Below the pieces are notes generated by a model. It did no database searches. It was not told where the DNA came from and saw only the letters and a list, made by a program, of their open reading frames with translations. Source: a virus (taxonomy: Duplodnaviria; Caudoviricetes). From it: 63,163 nucleotides of DNA. The first letter of the stretch is position 1. Every line of letters begins with the position of its first letter. Location of the stretch: the IMG/VR virus record IMGVR_UViG_3300037264_003470, positions 1-63,163 of that record; one strand, 5' to 3'. Shown one piece after another: positions 1-9,705 of the stretch. Both the position numbers and the translations under genes were made by a program.

Positions 1-11
1 TTGAATGGCAT

Positions 12-344
12 TTAAGGCATCCCGCCAGTTGCATTTAGCATACTAATAGACATTTTCTTTTTCTTCTTAGCTTCCATTAAGTCCCGATGCTCAACATAAG
101 CAGCAAAAGACTCATCCTTGAATTCTGGTTTCTTTTTAGGCTCGCCTTTTGTGGTATGTGGCAATTCCTTATAATGGGCTGTATCACCTTCTTTTTTTTC
201 CTTGGTAGCAATAGCATAAGGGCAAAGTTTACCTTTTATTTTATGCTTGCAAGCTTCTTTACTAAACTTGTCGGGGTGATGAGTCAACATTGCTCGAATC
301 GTACCCCTGAAACCCGCATATGCTTTATGATCTGGTCCTGGCAT
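12..344 (-). CDS. hypothetical basic protein
   Basis: 110-aa ORF; TAAATA box 7 nt upstream of ATG. Confidence 0.6.
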   Translation of the reverse strand: MPGPDHKAYAGFRGTIRAMLTHHPDKFSKEACKHKIKGKLCPYAIATKEKKEGDTAHYKELPHTTKGEPKKKPEFKDESFAAYVEHRDLMEAKKKKKMSISMLNATGGMP

Positions 345-357
345 AATAACTTATTTA

Positions 358-427
358 TGTACTATATTAATTTTATGAAAGAGTATTTGAAGTGTACTAT
401 ATTAATTTTATGAAAGAGTATTTGAAG
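358..427. repeat. perfect 35-bp tandem duplication (2 copies)
   Basis: tgtactatattaattttatgaaagagtatttgaag at 358-392 and 393-427. Confidence 0.95.
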
Positions 428-808
428 TATTTCATAGGTAAAGCTTGCACAATCACGACAATCCAAATCAATTTTCGTTTCAAGGAAGAAGCAATGATGG
501 ATTATTTTATGGGGTTTGTGGAAAGTATTGACGACAAAGGTATTTGGTTGGTTCATCCCATGACCAAATGCCGCAGCTACATACTATTCCCACATGTTGT
601 TTCAATTACTGAGGAGCAAATGCTCTTTGAAGACAACCCTGAACATGCTAAAATCATTGAGGAATATCGTAAGGAAAAACCATTAACGGCTACAAAAAAT
701 GCTATTCCGCCGATGAAAATGCAAGAAGCCTCCCCATTTGTTAATCCCGCTGCCTTAACAGAAATTGCTAAGAAAGCGAAACAGGCTTTTACTGAGGAAA
801 AGAAATGA
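410..808 (+). CDS. hypothetical protein
   Basis: ORF track 392..808; ATG 410 chosen as the likely start; stop overlaps glpX start (ATGA). Confidence 0.7.
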   Translation: MKEYLKYFIGKACTITTIQINFRFKEEAMMDYFMGFVESIDDKGIWLVHPMTKCRSYILFPHVVSITEEQMLFEDNPEHAKIIEEYRKEKPLTATKNAIPPMKMQEASPFVNPAALTEIAKKAKQAFTEEKK

Positions 809-1725
809 AATTGTTAGGTTTAGATTTGGTAAGATCGACAGAGAATAGTGCCATTGCCGCCTCTCATTGGATCGGCAGTGGAGATAAATTAGAAGCAGAC
901 AAAGCCGCCACCGAAGCAATAAGACGCCGATTAAACAAAATGGAATTTCGTGGGACTATTGCTATTGGCGAAGGTAAAAAAGATGAATCATATGGACTTT
1001 ATTGTGGGGAACACGTTGGGTTTTATCGAGACGATGACGACCGTGCCGCTCTGGATATAGCGGTTGATCCAATCGAAGGCACAAGACCAACCGTTACTTC
1101 TGGTCCTGAAGCCATGTCCACAATAGCTGTAGCCGATGGCGACAGTATGTTTCGGACACATGAGTTCTATATGAACAAACTGGCTTTTGGACCTTCCATT
1201 GCCAAAACAGTCCAATTAAACATAAACGATCCTATTGAACGAACAATACAGTTATTGGCACTTGCCACAGGCAAGAAAATGACTGATATTATGGTTTGTA
1301 TTTTGGATAGACCACGCCATATTGAAGTGATAGCAAGGATGAGACAAATGGGTGTCAGGATTAAGTTGATACAGGACTGCGACGTTAGTGGAGCTATAGC
1401 AGCTTGTTTGCCAGATAGAGGTATTGATTTGCTGTATGGCGCGGGTGGCGCACCCGAAGCGGTTTTGACTGCATGTGCTGTGAAATGCTTAGGCGGCGGC
1501 TTTCAAGTACAGCTATGCGATAAAGATGGCAAATATCTAGATGATAAAATCTACAATCAGGATGAATTGGTGATAGGACATTGTGTGTTTGCGGCCACTG
1601 GAATAACGGACGGTAGCCTTCTAAAAGGTGTTCGCTTTAGTGAATTTGGCCCTATTACCAATAGTGTGTTTATGCGATCAGAAAGTGGAACAGTCCGTTG
1701 GCTGACCAGTTATCACGGCAATTAA
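805..1725 (+). CDS. glpX: class II fructose-1,6-bisphosphatase (GlpX family)
   Basis: motifs IGEG, DIAVDPIEGT, LDRPRH, GGAPEAVL, FAATGITDGSLLKGVRF. Confidence 0.95.
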   Translation: MKLLGLDLVRSTENSAIAASHWIGSGDKLEADKAATEAIRRRLNKMEFRGTIAIGEGKKDESYGLYCGEHVGFYRDDDDRAALDIAVDPIEGTRPTVTSGPEAMSTIAVADGDSMFRTHEFYMNKLAFGPSIAKTVQLNINDPIERTIQLLALATGKKMTDIMVCILDRPRHIEVIARMRQMGVRIKLIQDCDVSGAIAACLPDRGIDLLYGAGGAPEAVLTACAVKCLGGGFQVQLCDKDGKYLDDKIYNQDELVIGHCVFAATGITDGSLLKGVRFSEFGPITNSVFMRSESGTVRWLTSYHGN

Positions 1726-4253
1726 GCTCTCAATAATGACTTCAAATATGTTACCTTTTCTTCAACTGGCAATGTAGCAAGTCTTCGTTCATGAATTATT
1801 CTGCCGTATTTTTCCATTGCGGACTCTTGTTTGCCTTTTAATAAATTTTTCGCTGTCCATTTTTCAACTTTTGATTTTGCAGTTTTTACTCTGTCGCTTT
1901 CAGATGCATGTGGCGTAGCATAGAATTGCCCCAAGATATCAATAAGGTCACTTCTGTTTCTAGCATGATGAATGTCTACATCCAAGTCTAAATGTCTGCC
2001 TATTTTTTTCAGTTCTGAAGTTGATAACTTTAAAAGTTCTTCATCTGTGTGTTTTTTATAATCCCTAACTGGTTCTCCCGCTGGCGCTTTTTCTTGTGGT
2101 GCTTCTTTAGCTTGTGGTGCTGTTTCGCCTGGTTCTAGTGCTTTTGCTGCTACTGCCGCTGGCTGTGGAGCTTCTGGTTTTGGAGCTTCTGGTTTTGGAG
2201 CTTCTGGTTTTGGAGCTTCTGGTTTTGGAGCTTCTGGTTTTGGATTTAATTCTGCCAGTTCTGGTGAAGGCGGTTCTTCAGGGCCACCTAATGACCGATT
2301 TAACCTAACTGCTAATTCTTTAACAAATCCTTTACGGTTTGAGGTGCCAGGACCACTAACAGCTATGTTGCCGTTATCGTCTTTTGCCAAATCACTAAGA
2401 CCGTGTTTTGCAATGAACACTTTTAAATCAGGTGAAGCTAAATGGCTAAGATAATCAAACTTCTTCTTTAGGGTTTCCAAAACTTCTTCTTTACTTAACG
2501 GTTTCTCTTCTTTAGTTGGCTCTTTTACTACAGGTGTACCAGCGATTTTATCTACTTTTGGAGTGCCTGTTCCACCTGATATTTTATCAGTAAGTTGTTG
2601 TAAAAACTGTCTGCCAAGAATTGCCATGTCTTTTACATCGTCTTCATTTGTTGGGACGTGCTGCGGGCCGCGCAACTGATGAAACGCATCAGTAAAAGTG
2701 TCCACGTCCATATCTTGTATTTTGTTCAACTGCGGCTTGTCGTTCTCTCCGTGTGCGGTGCCAAACATATATTGTGCTAATGTACCTAATTTGGCCAAAT
2801 CTTCTTCACTAGCATCTTTATAGTGATCCAAAATATCCTCCGCACGATCAAATTTTTTTCTAGCAGGTGCCGTAGGTGCGGGTGGCGCAGCAGCTTCTGG
2901 TGGTGTCTCAGGTGGTCCAGCCTCTGGTGGTATCGAAGTACCTTTTTCAGCTTTGTCTTTTGCAGCGTTATATCCGTATGCCCAAATATCAGCTTTAGGT
3001 TTATCCAATTTCTCAGGTCTAAGCCAAGGGTTATCCTCTAATTTTCTACCGTTACTAAAAGCCAATCGTCCTTGAAGCATTATCCCCTTTGCTACATTTG
3101 CTTCCTTCTTTTGTTTGACTGGTGGTGCAACAGGCACGGGCGCTGCTGGTGGTGTAGCTGAAATTGGTGGGGCAGTTGGTGTAACTGGAGCCACTGGTGG
3201 CGTCGGTTTTGGGGTTAGTACAGACGCGGGCGCAGGTGCTGCTGGGGTAGCTGAAACTGGTGGGGTAGTTGGTGTTGGGGCCGCTGGAGTTGGTGTAACT
3301 GGAGGCGAAGCTGTCGCTGCCGATGATGAAGTTGGAGTAGAAGGTGACGGAGCTTTAGGAACTCCTGCTGTTCCAAGCGAATCTTCTGGTGCTGTGCTTG
3401 TTGGCGATGCCGCCATTGGATTAACTTGTTTTCCTGGTACAGCCTCATGGTCTGTAGGTGTTAATCCCGCTGTGCGATACGCTCTTGTGGTCCCCAATTG
3501 GTCAATCATCGTATCTAATGATTTTATAAAGTTTGGGTGTATGTCAAAATTATCAGACAAATCTCTTAAATTCTTAAGAGCTTCTAATGCTTTTTGTTTT
3601 GTTTGTTCAAAATTGCGTTGGGTTTTTCGGTATTGCCATACTTTTTTGAGTAAGTTTGAAGCGCCGCCCCATAGACCACCCGCTAAACCACCTAAACCAG
3701 CCCCTGCGAATGTTCCACCAAGACCACCCGCAGCAGTGCCACCCAAAGCTCCATACCCCGCACCTTTTGCGGCATGTCTCCAAACGTCCCCCCAAAAGTC
3801 ACCTAGTTCTTCATTAAATTGCTCTGGCGGGAGCTTGTGAGCTTCTTCATACCAAACTACGAAAAGCTCTAGGGGGAACTGTTTTTCTTCCACTAATTCG
3901 GCTGTGATTTCTAACTTAAGATCGTTGGTTTTTGTTTCTAGAATTTTTGAGTAGTCATTGATAAAGACATTCTGGAATTCGTTGATAATTGTAAACTCTT
4001 GTCCATTATTCACTTCTAAGTTGGTTTTTATACTTTCGGCTATTTTTTTAAGATGGGCGTACTCTTGAAGTGATAGCTTCAATGAGTTATTGTTCTTAAT
4101 TTGGTCGCTGGTCCAGTTGTTTAAAGGTAACAACCACTTAGAACGCGGAGTTTTTAGATTACTGGCATTGTTGTTAATTTCAACGAATAATCCTTCAACT
4201 TCTCGTATTTTTTCCTGATAGATTTTGTTCTTGATCTTTGCCCACTTATTCAT
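1722..4253 (-). CDS. large Pro/Ala/Thr-rich protein with glycine-zipper segment and KPEAP repeats
   Basis: 843-aa ORF; GAGYGALGGTAAGGLGG segment, long PAPT tract, (KPEAP)5. Confidence 0.8.
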   Translation of the reverse strand: MNKWAKIKNKIYQEKIREVEGLFVEINNNASNLKTPRSKWLLPLNNWTSDQIKNNNSLKLSLQEYAHLKKIAESIKTNLEVNNGQEFTIINEFQNVFINDYSKILETKTNDLKLEITAELVEEKQFPLELFVVWYEEAHKLPPEQFNEELGDFWGDVWRHAAKGAGYGALGGTAAGGLGGTFAGAGLGGLAGGLWGGASNLLKKVWQYRKTQRNFEQTKQKALEALKNLRDLSDNFDIHPNFIKSLDTMIDQLGTTRAYRTAGLTPTDHEAVPGKQVNPMAASPTSTAPEDSLGTAGVPKAPSPSTPTSSSAATASPPVTPTPAAPTPTTPPVSATPAAPAPASVLTPKPTPPVAPVTPTAPPISATPPAAPVPVAPPVKQKKEANVAKGIMLQGRLAFSNGRKLEDNPWLRPEKLDKPKADIWAYGYNAAKDKAEKGTSIPPEAGPPETPPEAAAPPAPTAPARKKFDRAEDILDHYKDASEEDLAKLGTLAQYMFGTAHGENDKPQLNKIQDMDVDTFTDAFHQLRGPQHVPTNEDDVKDMAILGRQFLQQLTDKISGGTGTPKVDKIAGTPVVKEPTKEEKPLSKEEVLETLKKKFDYLSHLASPDLKVFIAKHGLSDLAKDDNGNIAVSGPGTSNRKGFVKELAVRLNRSLGGPEEPPSPELAELNPKPEAPKPEAPKPEAPKPEAPKPEAPQPAAVAAKALEPGETAPQAKEAPQEKAPAGEPVRDYKKHTDEELLKLSTSELKKIGRHLDLDVDIHHARNRSDLIDILGQFYATPHASESDRVKTAKSKVEKWTAKNLLKGKQESAMEKYGRIIHERRLATLPVEEKVTYLKSLLRA
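2166..2240. repeat. 15-bp tandem repeat x5 (encodes KPEAP)
   Basis: tggagcttctggttt x5, perfect. Confidence 0.95.
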
Positions 4254-4261
4254 GCCAATAT

Positions 4262-4480
4262 TTAGTTAATTTGGGGCAGTTTTTTCAAGGACATTATACA
4301 AGAATCAAAGCGATGAAATTCACTATTAAGATATTTCCTATAAAGGCGGTCAAATTCTTCTGAATCTTTTTCATCTATTTCAAAAATAATAGCTTTGCCT
4401 CTTTTACCTATTGCTTCATATTTGTGCATCATGTAATAAGCACCTGCACCTAGATCATCTATTGTTTTCTGCATTACCAT
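4262..4480 (-). CDS. small hypothetical protein
   Basis: ORF track 4262..4585; start moved to ATG 4480 (AAGGAA upstream) because the longer start crosses a hairpin and the upstream gene. Confidence 0.6.
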   Translation of the reverse strand: MVMQKTIDDLGAGAYYMMHKYEAIGKRGKAIIFEIDEKDSEEFDRLYRKYLNSEFHRFDSCIMSLKKLPQIN

Positions 4481-4507
4481 TCTATTCCTTTCTATTTCTA
4501 TAATAAG

Positions 4508-4546
4508 AAGGCAAGCCTTGAGCAACCACTGCTCAAGGCTTGCCTT
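4508..4546 (-). terminator. perfect 17-bp stem-loop, probable terminator or processing site
   Basis: AAGGCAAGCCTTGAGCA-accac-TGCTCAAGGCTTGCCTT directly after the stop of 4551..5153. Confidence 0.7.
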
Positions 4547-4550
4547 ACAC

Positions 4551-5153
4551 TTAAATGAATAACTCTTTAAGTTTTTTTGTAACAATATTGCATATTATTG
4601 CTTGTGCGTTTAATTCCTCTGCAATATTTAATAACCCTTGGTAAGCAAGGGCTATTTTTTCCATGCTGATTTTTGTTGAACAATTATTGATTTTTAAACA
4701 AGGATTCCATGTTTCTTCACTCCAATCTAACTCTAGATTAGGGAATGACCTTTTTAGTTTAAGTAGAATATAATCCATCAATTCTTTGGTTGGACTAAAT
4801 ATTTGGGGTTCCAGATTTGCGTCACCAACTTTAACATCAGCCAATCTTCGCCATAAAGCGAATACATCTACATCCCTGTGAAAACAGCATGATTCTCTTG
4901 CGCCATTTAAATTTGGTAAACAGCAATCACTAGATTCGTCATCAAAGGTAAGCTTGGGTTCTTTTGATTTTAAGCCACAGGCTCCTTGGATGTTATCCAA
5001 GGAGTCTTGAAGTAGTTTCTTTCGCCACTCTTCTTCAGCCTTTTCAGCGTTCCGAATAATGTCTTTCACTTCCTGAATTTCTTGGTTGCCCAAGGCAACC
5101 ACATCAGGTTCTCCTTCTGGATGTATAGCTACATCACAATCATAGTTTTTCAT
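4551..5153 (-). CDS. hypothetical protein
   Basis: 200-aa ORF. Confidence 0.75.
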   Translation of the reverse strand: MKNYDCDVAIHPEGEPDVVALGNQEIQEVKDIIRNAEKAEEEWRKKLLQDSLDNIQGACGLKSKEPKLTFDDESSDCCLPNLNGARESCCFHRDVDVFALWRRLADVKVGDANLEPQIFSPTKELMDYILLKLKRSFPNLELDWSEETWNPCLKINNCSTKISMEKIALAYQGLLNIAEELNAQAIICNIVTKKLKELFI

Positions 5154-5338
5154 CTTTCGCCTTTCTAATTAACAAAATGCCTTACTATCGTCTAGCAACG
5201 AGGCCCAAATATAATGGAATCATTCCATATAACTTGGGTTATTATAATGGCTGCAAATATATTTATGTAATATTTAACAATTTTTACCAAGAGGAATGAA
5301 TAATTTCAAAGTAATGAATTTAGGGTATATATAAGTTT

Positions 5339-5581
5339 ATGGAATTTAAAACATGGTTAGAGCAAAGAGAAAATAAGGAAAAGAGCCGAGAAGGTTTTGG
5401 TTCTAAGTTTTTGTCGTTAGCAATTCCTATGGGTGGGTCTATACTAGGTGGTCTTGCAGGTGGTACTATCGGCGGTCCAGCGGCAATATTACCTGCATAC
5501 CTTGCTGCTAAACACTTATTAACTAAACATGTTGAGAAGAATTACCCACAAAGTACCACAGAATTAATGAAGAAGAAGTAA
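5339..5581 (+). CDS. small glycine-zipper protein, possible internal virion protein
   Basis: N-terminus MEFKTWLE; GGSILGGLAGGTIGG; TATATA box 5 nt upstream. Confidence 0.65.
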   Translation: MEFKTWLEQRENKEKSREGFGSKFLSLAIPMGGSILGGLAGGTIGGPAAILPAYLAAKHLLTKHVEKNYPQSTTELMKKK

Positions 5582-6592
5582 TTACTGTAGAGAATTTTCA
5601 GCCGCTACCAGGCATCCCCTAGCAACGCTGAACAATGGATCGTTTGGTCTAACTATATTTCCAATCTGGATTGGCAGTTCTGCTTGTTTCATAACATCTC
5701 TAAACAGTGTGTCAAAACCAACAGGAAGAGAAGTTCCCCCTGCAATTACTACATTAACTGGCTTGTCAGAGCGAGCTTTCTTGCCAACTTCACTTAAACC
5801 CTTTTTAATCGTAATAAGTGTCTTTTCTATCATAATACGATATTGAGTTTGAATTGCTCTTTCCACAATGTTAGCTGGATTAGCACTTAGATTAACCTTT
5901 GTTTTTTCTTGGTTGATGAAAGTAATACTTTCCCCTGTAGCTTTAGCTGCCATTTTGTCAATCCAGTCACCACTATTGACAATAGCAAATGTGAAAACTG
6001 GTACACCAAACATAGCAAAACACAAATTAACCATGCCTGCACCAAAGGATATACCTATGCCAGTATAATTGTCATCTTTAAGTTCAGCATAAACTAATGC
6101 TAATCCTTCGTTAATTGGCATCGCTTTGACTTTGTAGCCTTCATCAGATTCATATGCTTTGAAAATGGATTCTAATATGTTGGTATGAAATTCTGCATCT
6201 GTTTCTTCATTAATGGCGTTCGCTGGCACGCTGAAATAAAGAACATCATTATTACTCTTGACGTTACCTTCTAATAAGCTGTGTAACATAATGCTCATAA
6301 CTTCGTAGGCGTCACGTTCTTTTGAATTTACACAGCCATCCTTCATCGGACGTTTTAGTTCTAATTGAGCCAATGTATAAGCCATTCGAACGGCTTTTTC
6401 TCCAAGAGCGTAGGCTTTATTTGATCGCTCAATCAATGGCACTCCCACTGTCTTCATCATTTGAAAAACAAGCCGATCCTCTAGGGCTATCTCAAGAAAA
6501 GCGTTCACTTCTCGGTCATAAACAAAATCTTTCTTCTCGTCTCTTGTGCAGCAGACAAGATTATATGTTCCCGCATCAAATCCTATAGGCAT
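5582..6592 (-). CDS. actin-like ATPase (MreB/ParM/FtsA superfamily)
   Basis: phosphate-1 IGFDAGTYN, connect INEGLA, phosphate-2 GISFGAGMVN, adenosine motif VIAGGTS. Confidence 0.85.
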   Translation of the reverse strand: MPIGFDAGTYNLVCCTRDEKKDFVYDREVNAFLEIALEDRLVFQMMKTVGVPLIERSNKAYALGEKAVRMAYTLAQLELKRPMKDGCVNSKERDAYEVMSIMLHSLLEGNVKSNNDVLYFSVPANAINEETDAEFHTNILESIFKAYESDEGYKVKAMPINEGLALVYAELKDDNYTGIGISFGAGMVNLCFAMFGVPVFTFAIVNSGDWIDKMAAKATGESITFINQEKTKVNLSANPANIVERAIQTQYRIMIEKTLITIKKGLSEVGKKARSDKPVNVVIAGGTSLPVGFDTLFRDVMKQAELPIQIGNIVRPNDPLFSVARGCLVAAENSLQ

Positions 6593-6594
6593 AA

Positions 6595-6831
6595 TTACTC
6601 CTGTTCTTTTTTCTTGCCAAACTTTACTTTGTCTTCTGATTTAAAAGTAGGAATGGCCCAAATCGTTTTATCTTCTTCTTCTTTCTCTATAGTGGTTTTA
6701 GTAGCTTTACTAGACTGCAATTCGACAGTTCCAGTGTTGATGTTAATGTTCAGGTCTATTGTTATATTTAACTGACATTCACCTTCTTTTGTTACTACCT
6801 GTACTTTTGTGGGCCTAATTAAATCTGCCAT
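6595..6831 (-). CDS. hypothetical protein
   Basis: 78-aa ORF in a tightly packed operon. Confidence 0.65.
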   Translation of the reverse strand: MADLIRPTKVQVVTKEGECQLNITIDLNININTGTVELQSSKATKTTIEKEEEDKTIWAIPTFKSEDKVKFGKKKEQE

Positions 6832-6837
6832 AACTTA

Positions 6838-7863
6838 TTATATAGGCCACTTTGAGAGCATTTTATCAACTCCTGCCTCTATTTCAGCCAGTGTTAACTC
6901 CGTAACACATGGTCGTAAGCCCAATGGAGTTCTTTGGTTATTTGGTCCAGTAACAGGGGCATCGCATTTTGGATGAGTACAATAAAGATAATTGTAGCAA
7001 GGTCCACCACAAGGCCAGTCACCGTTATCTCTATGTTTTTGCACAAGTATAAAGTCGTAGAATTTACCCCTTAACTTGCCGTCAACATGAGTAAAAATAC
7101 CTGTAAGTGGTTTGTTTATCGCTCCTGCATAATGGAAGTTAGAAGTATCAACTGTTACAACATAATCTGCTGCGTGAATATAACTCATCCAATCTGCTAT
7201 TGTTTTCCCAACCAACACAGGCACTTCCAGGTTGTTTAAAATTTCCAAAGGTTCATTGTGGGCAGAATAAACGAATAAACCCTTACGTCTCAACATTTTG
7301 ACAGTATCATTGATTTGTTCCAGAGTCAAAGACCTTAGTTTTTCATATGCAAATGGGGAGAAAAATACGCTTCGACCATTCTTGTTATACTTTAATAAAG
7401 ACCTATTTCTTAGCTCTCGTAATGCTAAAACACCATCCATTATTATGCTGTTGCTAATATAAGGAAGGCACATGTTGTGATCCAATAGCTTGATGCCACA
7501 ATATTCTGCCCAAATTTCGGCACGGTGTTTGGTGTTTTTACTCATTTCACTGGATTCATACTTGATGCAGCAATTGCTAATATCGTAAGAAATCATGTAA
7601 TCATTCTTGTTTAGTTTTTCTATATCAATCACGGCATCAAGATACTGATAATCTTTAACTAATTCTGCATATTCCTCAAAACAAGCAAATGTCAAGTGTA
7701 GGTCTGGATGCAAGTTTTTGAAATTTTTGAACAGCATCCTGCAATTGAGAATGTCACCAATGCCCCTTGAATTGCGAATTAACACTACTTTGTTTCTTTT
7801 ATCGTAGAAATCCCTTAAAGTAGGTTCAGTGGGTTTTTGTTTCTTTTTGAGTCCTAGTATCAT
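6838..7863 (-). CDS. glycosyltransferase family 9-like (heptosyltransferase-like)
   Basis: N-terminal RGIGDIL and C-terminal ADYVVTVDTSNFHYAGA motifs. Confidence 0.8.
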   Translation of the reverse strand: MILGLKKKQKPTEPTLRDFYDKRNKVVLIRNSRGIGDILNCRMLFKNFKNLHPDLHLTFACFEEYAELVKDYQYLDAVIDIEKLNKNDYMISYDISNCCIKYESSEMSKNTKHRAEIWAEYCGIKLLDHNMCLPYISNSIIMDGVLALRELRNRSLLKYNKNGRSVFFSPFAYEKLRSLTLEQINDTVKMLRRKGLFVYSAHNEPLEILNNLEVPVLVGKTIADWMSYIHAADYVVTVDTSNFHYAGAINKPLTGIFTHVDGKLRGKFYDFILVQKHRDNGDWPCGGPCYNYLYCTHPKCDAPVTGPNNQRTPLGLRPCVTELTLAEIEAGVDKMLSKWPI

Positions 7864-7881
7864 GATCTAATAGAGTAAAAT

Positions 7882-7915
7882 AAAAAAAGCCTGTCCTTTT
7901 GAGACAGGCTTTTTT
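7882..7915. terminator. rho-independent terminator (bidirectional form)
   Basis: A7-GCCTGTC-loop-GACAGGC-T6. Confidence 0.85.
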
Positions 7916-7929
7916 CGGATTTGTCCTTA

Positions 7930-8532
7930 TTAGCTGTTGCACTGAACCGTTAGACCTAGAATGATCTGTAGGGTCGTGGTTGTTACTGTACCGTCAAATG
8001 CAAGCTTGGTTACTGCCAAGTCACCTGCATTGAAGACCTGAGTATCGCCTGCGGCTAACAACATAACTGCGCCAACGTCGCCGTTTAGCTCAACAGTAAT
8101 GTTTTGGCCAACAACAGTACCCAAATTGGTCATCTGTACGAATGTTGCTGCTGCACCATATGTTCCAACAATGTCGATAAAGTTCGTTGCGAATGTAGCG
8201 GTATCGAGAACAGTATATGGATAGAAAATCTTCGGGAAGGTGTTTTCGCCTGGGATATCCGAGAAAATGCTACCGTCATCTACTAAAACTTCGATGAAAG
8301 CCGTTTCCTGTGGAACCTGTGGATAAGCAAAACGCTTCCAATAGTTGCAGTCCGTGAATACCTGGCCGTCAAATAATTCACGATAGATGCGATTTGGACC
8401 AGTGCAGAACATAGTGCGCTGCTTTGAAGGCTGCATCTGATTGCCCAAGAAACCTGGGGCCGCTGTCGCTGGGTTAAAATCTAAATAACCCTGCTTGCCT
8501 GGGTAATTTAAATGTACTTTAAAAACACTCAT
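7930..8532 (-). CDS. hypothetical protein, possibly structural
   Basis: 200-aa beta-rich ORF with its own terminator. Confidence 0.75.
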   Translation of the reverse strand: MSVFKVHLNYPGKQGYLDFNPATAAPGFLGNQMQPSKQRTMFCTGPNRIYRELFDGQVFTDCNYWKRFAYPQVPQETAFIEVLVDDGSIFSDIPGENTFPKIFYPYTVLDTATFATNFIDIVGTYGAAATFVQMTNLGTVVGQNITVELNGDVGAVMLLAAGDTQVFNAGDLAVTKLAFDGTVTTTTLQIILGLTVQCNS

Positions 8533-8589
8533 TTAATTTCTTCCTTGTTTGAGTCTGGTCTGTCTGTCTTGAGTATATATAATCGTACT

Positions 8590-8904
8590 TTAAAAATTTT
8601 CAGGAATTGGTATTTTTGCATTAACTAAAAGTGCTTTTAAGTCATCTTTTTTTTCCAAATGACAAGTATGAGCCATTTTTCCTGCAAAATCACTCATTTT
8701 TGACTCTAAAATTATGTTTCTTTTGCCGTGCATTTCATTTTTGAAAACATCTTTACAAGCAATGAATATTTTTATTCCTTTTAATTCATTCTCGATATAC
8801 ATTCTGGCCCATAGTATCTCTGCTAGAAGGTCTTTATCTTCACCAAAATATGATAGGCAATAGTTGTCCTTAATCTCTAGATATTGATTGAAAGGTATTG
8901 TCAT
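8590..8904 (-). CDS. hypothetical protein
   Basis: 104-aa ORF. Confidence 0.6.
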   Translation of the reverse strand: MTIPFNQYLEIKDNYCLSYFGEDKDLLAEILWARMYIENELKGIKIFIACKDVFKNEMHGKRNIILESKMSDFAGKMAHTCHLEKKDDLKALLVNAKIPIPENF

Positions 8905-9035
8905 GATAGAATCTCAGGAAAAAACTAAATTAGTACATGAAAGCTTTGGTTGTTTATTTAAACAACTTGAACCTTTTGATTATCATAGTAAAATGGTATT
9001 AGAGATTTTGTTTAAGCTTATTTTGGAGAAAAAAC

Positions 9036-9404
9036 ATGGAAAAACTGTATCTTTACCTAGCCAAGAGAAACAGGTCTGATGCTAAAATCATTGGTCATAT
9101 GTTTACAAATTGTCACATCTCAGCATCCAGATTCTCAGGCTTAGAACATTTAAGTGCTTTGGACTTACCAATAAAAGAACGATCAGAGTTAGAAAGAGTA
9201 GTCCACGAACATCGCATTGAATGGGAACTTTGGATTGAAAGTGCCAAAGATTACCATGAATTAAGAGAAAGTATGCACAGGGCAGGTATTGCTGCCCCAC
9301 CTTCTCCGAATTCACCTTTAATTAATTTCCCAATAAAAGAAATTTCAAGAGTTGCCGAGTTGAAACTAAGCAAGAATAAAGTTATGACTCGCCGTATGAG
9401 CTAA
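9036..9404 (+). CDS. hypothetical protein
   Basis: 122-aa ORF with GGAG SD. Confidence 0.65.
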   Translation: MEKLYLYLAKRNRSDAKIIGHMFTNCHISASRFSGLEHLSALDLPIKERSELERVVHEHRIEWELWIESAKDYHELRESMHRAGIAAPPSPNSPLINFPIKEISRVAELKLSKNKVMTRRMS

Positions 9405-9705
9405 GTATATTTACGAAGAATTTAGGTATTCGGAATGTTCCTGATCTAACTTCGACCAGTAATATGTTGTCGCCATCACATTCTAGAATGGTCCCACCCC
9501 TACGTTTGAAATCCTTTGCCATTTCTTGAAGATCACCCTGGTCAATGTCCATCTTGGTTATAAGTCTTTTAAGACTTATTTTTGATTCAACAATGCACCC
9601 ACGGTACTTTGGCTTGCGAGACTCAAACTTTCGTTGTTTGCTCATCCACTTTCTAAAATCATTTAGTGAAAAATTAGGTTCCTTCCTATTATTTTTATCC
9701 ATCAT
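9382..9705 (-). CDS. hypothetical protein
   Basis: 107-aa ORF coupled to the upstream gene. Confidence 0.65.
   Translation of the reverse strand: MMDKNNRKEPNFSLNDFRKWMSKQRKFESRKPKYRGCIVESKISLKRLITKMDIDQGDLQEMAKDFKRRGGTILECDGDNILLVEVRSGTFRIPKFFVNILSSYGES

Noticed and set aside
3115-3840. 241-aa Gly/Ala/Val-rich plus-strand ORF
   Set aside because: Antisense shadow of the Pro-rich tract in 1722..4253.
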